Source: a virus (lineage: Duplodnaviria > Heunggongvirae > Uroviricota > Caudoviricetes). From it: a stretch of 36,596 bases of DNA. The position numbers were made by a program, and so were the translations under genes. The stretch covers positions 287,270 to 323,865 of IMG/VR virus record IMGVR_UViG_3300033074_000580; one strand, written 5' to 3'. Under the pieces are notes generated by a model. That model was not told where the DNA came from, made no database searches, and saw nothing but the letters and a program-made list of their open reading frames with translations. Shown here in pieces: positions 1 through 8,924 of this stretch. Each line of letters starts with the position of its first letter. The stretch's first letter is position 1.

Positions 1-3000
1 AATTTCAAATGCATCTGAACCAGTTGCACTTAATACAGGTGAACCTGAAACAAATATATCTTTAAAGTGTGAACCAATTGATATAAACGCAGTACCTGGG
101 TCGGTTTCGTCAACATTTAATCCCGTACTATCATCAAATTGTAATTTTGTAAATGTTTTATCTACAGTTGTACCACTAATGTTTGAACCACTAATATGGA
201 ATGGAACATTTATTAAATTAGTTGCATCACCAATAAATGAACCACTTATTAAAGAACCTGTTATTGTGTTACCACTTATAGATGTTGCACTAATGGTACC
301 CTTAGATTCAATATTGAAATCGGTGTAGATTCCTCCATTTGGTACTTTCAAATTTGATGATTCAATTGTCACATCAACACCACTTACAGGTGAAATTCTA
401 TTTGTTTCTAATAAAGTATGAACTAAAATTGAACCGCTAAATGTATGTGTATCATCTAATGAATTACCAAATTTAGTTGAACCCGATTCGTATAAAACCG
501 ATGATGTTACTAATTCCGTATGTAATTCTCTTGCGGTTAATACGCCACCAATAAAGACATCACTATTAACTCTTAATGCACCATTAGAAATAGATGCACT
601 AACAGAACCATCAACAATTTTATTTAATTCTAATCCGGTTACACCACTTGCAGGTATGTTATATAAACCTGAACCATCACCAATATGTGCACCTGTGAAA
701 TATGACGCACTTACACTTCCACCAACGGATAATTCGTGTAACGTTTTTATGCTACCACTAAATTCGTATTGATAACCATCACTAATTGTTGGTGAATTAA
801 ATCCAATTTGACCTGAACCACTAACAGTAATTTGTGGATTTTGCCAAGAATTACTCGTAAAAAGGTATATATTAGAACTATTACCAAGTAATCCAATTGT
901 ACCTATATATAAATCGTCGGATGCGGCATAAAGGTATGAATCATTTTCATGCCCAACATATCCTGCGTTATATGTGCTTGAATTTATACCTAAATCAACA
1001 TAATATGAATTATCTGTAACATTATCCGCACCAATAATTAAATCGGTACTTGCACCATTTCCGCTATTGGTATTTGCAATGTATGTTTGATAGAATGTAT
1101 CACTATTACCTAAAGCAACAATTCCATTATAACTACCTGAATTATGTATATGAACAACTTCAGGATTTAGTGGGTCACCATATACTGGAATATCACCAAT
1201 ATTTAATGGTCCAGAAATAAACATTGAACCTGTTATTTCAGAATTTGTATTAACTCTAAAACCGTCAGTATTTGAAATAGATGCTGTTGCGGAACCATCT
1301 GCAATTTGGGAAAGATTTAATCCTGTAATACCACTTGCAGGTACATTATATAAACCTGAACCATCACCAATAAATGAACCCGTGAATGAACCTGTGTTAT
1401 ATGACGATGTGAAAGTGTTAAATGAACTGGTGATGTATCCAAGATTATCTGCGATACTATGACCCGTTCCTGTGTTAATCATGGTGGTGTCACCAATGAT
1501 TAGGTCTAAATAACCGTCAGTAACTAAACCATTACCCGCACTTGCAGAACCTTTGTAAACATTACCATCGGCATTAAGAATAATGTCACCACTTGTTGCA
1601 ACAATGTTTACATCTGTATTTGTTATCGTATCGGTTGTAAATGTAAAATCCGCAACAATTTGTTCACTACCTGAAACCAATGTTGGTACATTGGTTAAAT
1701 TACTATAATCAATTGAACCTGTCAATCCTTGGGTTACATTCAGCGAACCGGTAATTGTATATTCACCTGTTAACGATTTACCATGCTCCCATTTTAATGA
1801 ATTTCCATTATATGAAATTAAATCTCCATTTACCGCATTTGCAACATAAACATCCACCAAATCCGCTAAACGGTTTGTTGGTACTATACCTCCACCACCT
1901 GAACCACCAACATTACGGAACACACCACCAGGTAAAACTAAGAATGTACTTGGGTTGGTAAAATCGGCATCTTTTCTAACCGCAATCGCACCTAAATAAA
2001 CCGCATTTTGTTTTGTATTTTCAACTTCAACAAATGGTTCAAATTGAACGTTAGCTGCTGCCTCAGTTGATGAGGTGTACGTTCTATTACCGTAATATGC
2101 AACTATACCTTTTGTTGCCGAATTTGGATACCAAAATATTCTTTGGATTGTCCATTCATAGTTGTTAACATTATTACCAGGAACGGCTGTTAATGTACCG
2201 TTATCATTATAATGTGTAACATCTAATGTTGTGTAACCTGATGCATTATTAGTGTCTTGCACAAATGTAGTTCCCGAAACTTGGTAATATCTAAATATTT
2301 TTGATACCGCTGTTCCAGAATCCGTAATATAACTTGGATTGCTAGGGTCAACTTGGTAATTTCTACCATCCGCCCAAGCGGTACCTGAACCCACATTCAA
2401 ACCTAACGTATCAACTGGAACAATATTTAAACCACTTAATTTTAAAGGTCCAAATGCCTTTATAAAATCATAGGTTCTTTGTTTATAACCATAAGCAACA
2501 TTGGGGTAATTTATAGAAGCGTTTACCGTAGATAAATTTTGGTGAATAACCGTACCTAATGTGATAATGTTATTATATTGACCATCATTAAATGCGCCTG
2601 TTTGTTGTACTATTTGACCACTATCGTCAATACCAATAAATGTTTGAATATTGGTTGTTCTATAAGTTAATGTTTGTCCCGTGAATGATTCCCAATTAAC
2701 GTATTTTACAGTTGGGTATGGGTTATCTGTTAAACTTGCATTAAGATTAACAACTATACCACTACCAGCTGACACATTAAAAGTTGTACCACCGACTGTT
2801 GCGGTTATATTACCACCATTTAATAAACCCGTATATAAATTACCTTCTAACCAACGTAAACGAGTAACGTTATTATAACCTTTACCATTTTGTGCAAAAT
2901 ATAAATCGTCGGTGGAACCACTAACAAAAATATATGAACCCGATATAGTTGTGTTTAAATTTGTGTTTACAGGGAGATATCTAGTGTATCCATCCTGTTC

Positions 3001-3423
3001 AACGTCACCATATATTTTTACGGTTGGAATTCCGACACTTTTTGACCCTGATATTGTGATTGAACCTGATAATAATGTTGTTCCAAATAAAGTATTATTA
3101 CCAATTTGTATTGTGGAACCTGAAACTGTTAATGAACCAGTTAATTGAGTATTACCTATTAACTTATTTGAACCTGTGGTAATTATACTACCAGTAATGA
3201 TTTGATTACCTATAAGGTCCATACTACCACTTATTGAAACTGAACCTGTATTAACCGTGTTTGTTGAGATTAGTTCTTCTACTGTAGGACCATTTGAACC
3301 TGATTTGGCAAAAAATACTTTACCATCGGTGGTGTTTAATGCTAATTCTCCTAATTGTAAATTTGAGTTAGTGGGTTTTTGACCTGATACACTACTCCTA
3401 CGCAGTTTTACTATTTGTGCCAT
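1..3423 (-). CDS. Large tail fibre / virion structural protein (3'-truncated by window edge, >1141 aa)
   Basis: Missing from the ORF track, consistent with no stop before the window edge. ATG at 3423 gives MAQIVKLRRSSVSGQKPTNSNLQLGELALNTTDGKVFFAK, which resembles the N-terminal anchor domain of phage fibres (Mtd_N-like). Spot checks near 600, 1300 and position 1 (...DIFVSGSPVLSATGSDAFEI) are in the same open frame. Rich in G/S/T with SGS/TGS beta-repeats. Confidence 0.85.
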   Translation of the reverse strand, partial: MAQIVKLRRSSVSGQKPTNSNLQLGELALNTTDGKVFFAKSGSNGPTVEELISTNTVNTGSVSISGSMDLIGNQIITGSIITTGSNKLIGNTQLTGSLTVSGSTIQIGNNTLFGTTLLSGSITISGSKSVGIPTVKIYGDVEQDGYTRYLPVNTNLNTTISGSYIFVSGSTDDLYFAQNGKGYNNVTRLRWLEGNLYTGLLNGGNITATVGGTTFNVSAGSGIVVNLNASLTDNPYPTVKYVNWESFTGQTLTYRTTNIQTFIGIDDSGQIVQQTGAFNDGQYNNIITLGTVIHQNLSTVNASINYPNVAYGYKQRTYDFIKAFGPLKLSGLNIVPVDTLGLNVGSGTAWADGRNYQVDPSNPSYITDSGTAVSKIFRYYQVSGTTFVQDTNNASGYTTLDVTHYNDNGTLTAVPGNNVNNYEWTIQRIFWYPNSATKGIVAYYGNRTYTSSTEAAANVQFEPFVEVENTKQNAVYLGAIAVRKDADFTNPSTFLVLPGGVFRNVGGSGGGGIVPTNRLADLVDVYVANAVNGDLISYNGNSLKWEHGKSLTGEYTITGSLNVTQGLTGSIDYSNLTNVPTLVSGSEQIVADFTFTTDTITNTDVNIVATSGDIILNADGNVYKGSASAGNGLVTDGYLDLIIGDTTMINTGTGHSIADNLGYITSSFNTFTSSYNTGSFTGSFIGDGSGLYNVPASGITGLNLSQIADGSATASISNTDGFRVNTNSEITGSMFISGPLNIGDIPVYGDPLNPEVVHIHNSGSYNGIVALGNSDTFYQTYIANTNSGNGASTDLIIGADNVTDNSYYVDLGINSSTYNAGYVGHENDSYLYAASDDLYIGTIGLLGNSSNIYLFTSNSWQNPQITVSGSGQIGFNSPTISDGYQYEFSGSIKTLHELSVGGSVSASYFTGAHIGDGSGLYNIPASGVTGLELNKIVDGSVSASISNGALRVNSDVFIGGVLTARELHTELVTSSVLYESGSTKFGNSLDDTHTFSGSILVHTLLETNRISPVSGVDVTIESSNLKVPNGGIYTDFNIESKGTISATSISGNTITGSLISGSFIGDATNLINVPFHISGSNISGTTVDKTFTKLQFDDSTGLNVDETDPGTAFISIGSHFKDIFVSGSPVLSATGSDAFEI

Positions 3424-3485
3424 ATATATGGTTTCCTCAATCTAAAATGTGGTATATACCACGGTTAATTCGACCTATGTAGGTC
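3420..3485 (-). promoter_or_regulatory. Three tandem hairpins/palindromes in the 5' leader, the last covering the start codon
   Basis: Plus-strand CCATATATATGG (3420-3431), GTGGTATATACCAC (3449-3462) and GACCTATGTAGGTC (3472-3485). Confidence 0.55.
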
Positions 3486-3490
3486 TTTCT

Positions 3491-3497
3491 ATAAATA
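3491..3497 (-). promoter_or_regulatory. TATTTAT putative late-promoter motif
   Basis: Recurrent motif upstream of structural genes (see findings). Confidence 0.55.
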
Positions 3498-3536
3498 CAT
3501 AAAAATTCGGATTAGATAAATAGAATATCAGAAAAA

Positions 3537-5471
3537 TTATAATCCGTATCTACTTTTTGTTCCGTTATATTCCGCTAAAATATCGGCACCACTTCTTAGT
3601 GATTTATAAATTCTAAATTGACCCATATTTGCATTCATATTATAAAATCCACCACCAATTCCACCAATCCACCAACTTTGGTTTGTTCCAATATTTGCAA
3701 CCGGTGTTACTCCATTGCTTGTTGCAATTTCAGTTCCATTTCTATAAAATTTAATGGTTTGATTTGTTTTATCAAAAACATACGCAATATGTTGCCATTG
3801 ACTCATAACCATCGTACTATTTGCAGTTGTTGCAGTTCCACCCGAACTACCATTACCCGCCTCAAAATTCATATTAAGATTTGTGGTGTTCCATCCATTC
3901 CAACACATTTTAAAACCATTGGTGTTCGTATTTGCAGAAGCATTTGACATTAAACAGTTAATACTATATTCCGTTCTTGGGTAAACCCAAGCGGTTGTTG
4001 TAATTGTACTTCCAAGATTATGTGTTAGAAATGAAATATAATCAGTACCACCATCAAAATTAAACACACCACTTGCAGTTGCACCATCATATACAACACC
4101 ATTTAATGTTCCATTTGTTCCTGACACATTTCCTATAGTCCCTATATTAGTTAATGCAGTTCCACTACCGGGATATGATGATGAATTACCTGGGTCAAAG
4201 TAAATTTCCGCAGTATTAGAATATCCACCAACTGAAGGAGATTTAGTTACTGTAGGTGTAATTGTGGGTGTTACAGTTATTGTTGGTGTAACTGTTATGG
4301 TGGGTGTAATTGACGCGGTTGGTGTAATAGTTGGCGTCACACTATTAGTTGGTGTTATACTAGGTGTAATTGTGTTTGTTGGTGTTACACTATTAGTAGG
4401 TGTAATTGTGTTTGTTGGTGTAATAGTTGGGGTAACTGTTGCTGTAGATGTTACTGTTACAGAAGGTGTAGGTGTTGGGTCAATAAATCTTGTATAGTTA
4501 TCATTGTAATTTTGTAAAACTTCGGTTCCGGAAATGGCTCTATTATATATTTTAACAATTGCCAAATCACCATTAGTAAAATTACTTGCAGTTAAAGTTT
4601 CATCCCATCTTCTCATTAAACGAATATCACCTCCTGAAGTTGGTGTTCCTGTATAGTTTAATGTTCCTCCCGATAAACTACCATTAACATATTGTCTAAT
4701 TGTTGACCCATCATATGTACCGACCACTTGATACCACACATTTGTTGCAGGTACAAATCCCGTATTTGTTCTCCACGCACCATCAAAAAATCCAACAGCT
4801 AAATTTGCATTAAATGGTTGATTATTTGTACCAATACTAAAATTTAAAACGGAACCATTATATACGTTAGATACTATTGAGGTGACTTTACCTGTTAATG
4901 AAGTGGTTAACCTAAACCATACTTCAACAGTCCAATTAGATAAATTACCTATATTATTTATCACACCATATTCTAACGATGAATCATTAAAATTTAATAT
5001 ACCATTATAATTTGATGAATAAGTTGGTGTATTAGTTAGTGTTGCACTATTGTTTACACCAATTAAATCCGACCAAGTACTTCCTGAAGTTGGATATGAT
5101 AATAAATTACCACTATCTAAATTAACCAATAAACCATTACTATTAGTCGTTGTTGGCGTTACTGTTACCGTAGGGGTTATAGTTGGTGTGATACTTACAG
5201 TTGGGGTAATAGTATTTGTTGGGGTAATAGTATTAGTAGGTGTAATAGTTGGAGTGCTAGTAATAGTTGTTGTTGGTGTTACGGTTGAAGTCGATGTAAA
5301 CGCTACGTCTGTAGGTGTAGGCGTAACAGTAACAGTTACACTTGGTGTAATTGTAATTGTAGGAGTAATTGTTGGTGTTATAGTTGGTGTGGGAGTCATC
5401 GTCCTTGTTGGGGACGGTGTCGGTCTCACAAAATAACTCGCATTAAAACCATTACTAAATTCTATAGCCAT
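3537..5471 (-). CDS. Virion adhesin-like protein with two LamG/ConA-like lectin domains and Thr-Pro repeat linkers
   Basis: TPT(I/V/N) repeat tracts flank two domains with LamG hallmarks (WTVEVWF...WYQVVGTYDGSTIRQYVNG...KIYNRAIS; TAWVYP...WQHIAYVFD...FYRNG...RIYKS). Confidence 0.8.
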   Translation of the reverse strand: MAIEFSNGFNASYFVRPTPSPTRTMTPTPTITPTITPTITITPSVTVTVTPTPTDVAFTSTSTVTPTTTITSTPTITPTNTITPTNTITPTVSITPTITPTVTVTPTTTNSNGLLVNLDSGNLLSYPTSGSTWSDLIGVNNSATLTNTPTYSSNYNGILNFNDSSLEYGVINNIGNLSNWTVEVWFRLTTSLTGKVTSIVSNVYNGSVLNFSIGTNNQPFNANLAVGFFDGAWRTNTGFVPATNVWYQVVGTYDGSTIRQYVNGSLSGGTLNYTGTPTSGGDIRLMRRWDETLTASNFTNGDLAIVKIYNRAISGTEVLQNYNDNYTRFIDPTPTPSVTVTSTATVTPTITPTNTITPTNSVTPTNTITPSITPTNSVTPTITPTASITPTITVTPTITVTPTITPTVTKSPSVGGYSNTAEIYFDPGNSSSYPGSGTALTNIGTIGNVSGTNGTLNGVVYDGATASGVFNFDGGTDYISFLTHNLGSTITTTAWVYPRTEYSINCLMSNASANTNTNGFKMCWNGWNTTNLNMNFEAGNGSSGGTATTANSTMVMSQWQHIAYVFDKTNQTIKFYRNGTEIATSNGVTPVANIGTNQSWWIGGIGGGFYNMNANMGQFRIYKSLRSGADILAEYNGTKSRYGL

Positions 5472-5476
5472 TGTAT

Positions 5477-5483
5477 ATAAATA
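5477..5483 (-). promoter_or_regulatory. TATTTAT putative late-promoter motif
   Basis: Lies 5 nt upstream of the ATG at 5471. Confidence 0.5.
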
Positions 5484-5501
5484 GGTAATTTTTCAGATAT
5501 A

Positions 5502-5547
5502 ATAAATAAAAAAGGGAGGTTTTTTAGTTCCTCCCTTTTTTATTTAT
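5502..5547. terminator. Intrinsic terminator (potentially bidirectional)
   Basis: Perfect 18-bp inverted repeat ATAAATAAAAAAGGGAGG / CCTCCCTTTTTTATTTAT with a 10-nt loop, just downstream of the 5560 stop. Confidence 0.85.
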
Positions 5548-5559
5548 GAAAAAATATAA

Positions 5560-7671
5560 TTAGTATGTACCTCCGTCGATTACTGTTGAGAAAACCAAAC
5601 CTCCGTTAGAATTTTTATAACCTAATATACCATCAAGAACATCTGTTGTTTCCGTTGTTGAAACGTAACCTAAAACATTTGATGAATTTTTAAATACGAT
5701 TGCCGATGTTTTACTATTGGCGTCCGAACCACCTGCAGAACTTAATGTTACATTACCTGCTATCAATGTTGCACCATCATTAGAAGCAACTGTAAATTTA
5801 TTTGTATTATAAGTTAATGTTGTGGCATCATCTGCAAGTAAACTATTACCAATTGTGTCGGCACTTGTAGCCTTTGGTATTGTATTTGTTGTTAAGCTAA
5901 CCTCAGAACCCATTGAACCTGCGGTTGTACCTATAACTTTACTTGTGTTACCATCAGATTTTTGAGTTAGCCAGTAATCATTTAATGAATCCCATAACAT
6001 TGAACCCGAAGCACCACTTGAACCTGAATCATACGCCGCTAAACCCGCATATTGTTCAAACGGTGAATAAGCATTAACCAAAATAATATTATCGTTAATG
6101 TTTACCGTGTTTGATTGAATATTAACATTGGTTGATGAACCTAAAACTTCTAAGTTACCTGAAACATATAAGTTACCACCTAATTGTGTGTCACCTGTCA
6201 CACTCAATATTCCGTTTACAACCGCATCATTATTGATTGTTGTTAATCCGTTAATTGTAGTTGCTCCTGTAACATTTAAAGTATCTTTTAATGTAACTGA
6301 ACCGGTTACATCTAATGTTGAATTTAATCCTGTAGCACCTTTAACTTCTAATGTTGATTTTAAAGTGGCAGAACCAGTTACATCTAATGTTGAATTAAGT
6401 CCAGTTGCACCTTTAACTTCTAATGTAGATTTTAAAGTAGCTGAGCCGGTTACATCTAATGTTGAATTTAACCCTGTAGCTCCTTTAACTTCTAAAGCAT
6501 CGTTTAATGTTGTTACACCATCTACCGTTGTTGTACCACTAACAGATAAATTATCTTTTAAAATTGCTGAACCTGTAACAGTTAATGTACTCTCCAATGT
6601 TGTTGCACCACCAACATTTAATGTACCAGCCGTGTCAACGTTTCCACTTCCTTGTTGTACTGTGAAATTACCTTGGCCAACATTTAATTCTGTACCATCA
6701 AAAGTAAAGTTTGCATCATCTTCAATTAAACCATCAACACCTACAATTACTACTCTATTGTTTGTTAATTGGTCACTATATATTGAACCACTAAGTACAA
6801 TTACGTCACCACCATTACCCAAATAAGTGCTACCACTTACACTTAAATCTTGTAAGATACCTAAGTCAGAGAAATTTACTTGACGAGCTTGTAATGTGTC
6901 AACAAATGCGGTACCGCTAACGTGGATATTTTTCCAGTTTAAACTTGGTGAACCTAAATCAAACGCATTATGTGTTTGTGGAAGTATTGATGAACTAACC
7001 TCACCACCAAAAGTAATTAAATCAGTTGTTTGATTACCAATATTGATATTTCCTTTTAATACAATATCACCATCGATTGTTGCATTACCAGTTAAATTTA
7101 AATCGGAACCCGAAATATCACCTGTCACATAAACCGCCCCTTCTACATTTAAATCACCTGTAACTCTAACATTTGAACCAGTAATTGTTGTTCCTGTTAT
7201 ATTAGTTACATTTACATGACTACCTGTTAAAGCGGTTATGTTACTATTTGTACTTGTGAAGGTTAGTCCCGTTAAATTTGTAAAATTACCGTTACTACCT
7301 GTAATATTTGTGTTTGATAATGATGTAATTGTTACACTTGTGATGGTATTACCTTCGATGTTACCCGAAAGGTCCATTCTTGTGTTACCAGCATTATTTA
7401 AAATATTTAAACTTTTATTACCTGAAGAATAGAACGGAGTACCATTCATTGTTGTACCCCAGTTATTACTTGTTAAATCAGGTGCAGTTGTACCTTGGTA
7501 AATTTTAGATACGGGTTTATAACCACCCGCAACCGCAGAATCACCAATGAAAATAACGGGTGCCGTTAAGTCTCCAATAGAACCGGTTGCCATTACCAAT
7601 TCACCAACATTCGCCGTAACACTTGCTAATGAACTTATCGAACCACGTCTGTGTTTAATTATTTGTGCCAT
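5560..7671 (-). CDS. Tail fibre-like protein with beta-helical repeats
   Basis: N-terminus MAQIIKHRRGS...GEL is paralogous to the 1-3423 ORF. Contains 12/24-aa LxVxG repeats and ends in IDGGTY. Confidence 0.8.
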   Translation of the reverse strand: MAQIIKHRRGSISSLASVTANVGELVMATGSIGDLTAPVIFIGDSAVAGGYKPVSKIYQGTTAPDLTSNNWGTTMNGTPFYSSGNKSLNILNNAGNTRMDLSGNIEGNTITSVTITSLSNTNITGSNGNFTNLTGLTFTSTNSNITALTGSHVNVTNITGTTITGSNVRVTGDLNVEGAVYVTGDISGSDLNLTGNATIDGDIVLKGNINIGNQTTDLITFGGEVSSSILPQTHNAFDLGSPSLNWKNIHVSGTAFVDTLQARQVNFSDLGILQDLSVSGSTYLGNGGDVIVLSGSIYSDQLTNNRVVIVGVDGLIEDDANFTFDGTELNVGQGNFTVQQGSGNVDTAGTLNVGGATTLESTLTVTGSAILKDNLSVSGTTTVDGVTTLNDALEVKGATGLNSTLDVTGSATLKSTLEVKGATGLNSTLDVTGSATLKSTLEVKGATGLNSTLDVTGSVTLKDTLNVTGATTINGLTTINNDAVVNGILSVTGDTQLGGNLYVSGNLEVLGSSTNVNIQSNTVNINDNIILVNAYSPFEQYAGLAAYDSGSSGASGSMLWDSLNDYWLTQKSDGNTSKVIGTTAGSMGSEVSLTTNTIPKATSADTIGNSLLADDATTLTYNTNKFTVASNDGATLIAGNVTLSSAGGSDANSKTSAIVFKNSSNVLGYVSTTETTDVLDGILGYKNSNGGLVFSTVIDGGTY
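6280..6495 (-). repeat. Three 72-bp (24-aa) tandem coding repeats
   Basis: GTTACATCTAATGTTGAATT recurs at 6305, 6377 and 6449. The protein unit is LEVKGATGLNSTLDVTGSATLKST. Confidence 0.9.
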
Positions 7672-7697
7672 GTTTTGTGTATATTTCTTTTATTTAT

Positions 7698-7704
7698 ATA
7701 AATA
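7698..7704 (-). promoter_or_regulatory. TATTTAT putative late-promoter motif
   Basis: Upstream of the ATG at 7671, within the palindrome TATTTATATAAATA. Confidence 0.5.
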
Positions 7705-7716
7705 CTTTACTTTTAA

Positions 7717-8910
7717 TTAGAAAAAGCCATCACCACAATCAATTATTGAATTATTTGACCTATCGGCCAAAGTTCCTAAATTTTGTATAGTTAACGATGC
7801 TTTTACCACTTGTGCGTTTATTTGGTTTTCAACAATATTCATTGCTCCTGATACAATTAAAGATTCTACATTTGAGTCAACGGTTTGAACCAATGTGGTT
7901 GTACCTTCAACTTTTAAATCCCCTTTAATGACAACAGAACCTGTAATTTCAACCCTAGCGTCGTCTTTAATATATAATCCACTACCACTTGTTAATATTA
8001 AATCACTATTTTCCGCAGTAACCGCAGAATTGAATATTGCCGAACCTGAACTTACAATTAAAGAACCCGTAATTTCGGTGTTTCTATTAACTCTTAAACC
8101 TAAAGTATCTGAAATTGACGCGGTAGCCGTACCATCAGCAATTTGTGAAAGATTCAATCCTGTCACTCCAGATGCGGGAACGTTATATAAACCCGTACCA
8201 TCACCCGTAAATGAACCACTTACACCATCAGTAACAACCAATGAACCCGTAATTTGAATATCGTTTGTTGTTGCAAAATATGAACCGGTTGGTTTTAACG
8301 TGTCATAGATTGTAACTCCACCACCAAGTTGGGATGATAATTTTCTACCTACATATTGATAAACTGAAATTGTTACAACTTGACCATTTGTTGGTGCAAC
8401 AGCCGATGTTGCAAATTGTAAAACACCCGTTTTATAATCAAACGCATAATTGTTAACAGATTGTTGAACTCCGTCAACCAATACCTTAACTCCATAACCT
8501 GGAGTCGCATCTTCAGTATTTGCATTTGCTAATGACGGTATTGAATATTTTGGTGATATAAAATCAGTTTCTTGTCCCGCATCAATCAATTGTGCACCAA
8601 TTCCCGATGTTGAACCTGTTGGATTTGTAAAAAACCAAACCTCATTATTCAAATCGGATTTAGTCATTCTATAACGGTAGTAATATTTCATTACGTCCTG
8701 ACCATTAGTTGAATAAACTAAACCATTATCACCTGAACTATTATAAGGTAAACCACTACTTGGGATTAAGTCTTGGTCAATATAAATTTCATTCGCATTT
8801 AAATCTAATACCGATGTGAACGCTTCTTGTGCGTCGGTATACGTGTCGTGTGTATATCTTCTACTTTGGAGAAATCTAGCCGATTTTTTTGTACTATCTA
8901 TTGCTGCCAT
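7717..8910 (-). CDS. Virion structural / tail-associated protein
   Basis: Contains a YAFDYKTGVLQF...VYQYVG baseplate/fibre-like motif and shares the GDGxGLYNVPASGVTGLNLSQIADG cassette with ORF 1-3423. Confidence 0.7.
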   Translation of the reverse strand: MAAIDSTKKSARFLQSRRYTHDTYTDAQEAFTSVLDLNANEIYIDQDLIPSSGLPYNSSGDNGLVYSTNGQDVMKYYYRYRMTKSDLNNEVWFFTNPTGSTSGIGAQLIDAGQETDFISPKYSIPSLANANTEDATPGYGVKVLVDGVQQSVNNYAFDYKTGVLQFATSAVAPTNGQVVTISVYQYVGRKLSSQLGGGVTIYDTLKPTGSYFATTNDIQITGSLVVTDGVSGSFTGDGTGLYNVPASGVTGLNLSQIADGTATASISDTLGLRVNRNTEITGSLIVSSGSAIFNSAVTAENSDLILTSGSGLYIKDDARVEITGSVVIKGDLKVEGTTTLVQTVDSNVESLIVSGAMNIVENQINAQVVKASLTIQNLGTLADRSNNSIIDCGDGFF

Positions 8911-8924
8911 CTACTATATAATTA

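Noticed and set aside
3537-6495. Tandem repeats as a possible CRISPR array or DGR template/variable repeat
   Set aside because: The repeats are in-frame coding units without unique spacers. Differences are at synonymous positions rather than adenine-specific, and there is no cas or reverse transcriptase gene in the window.
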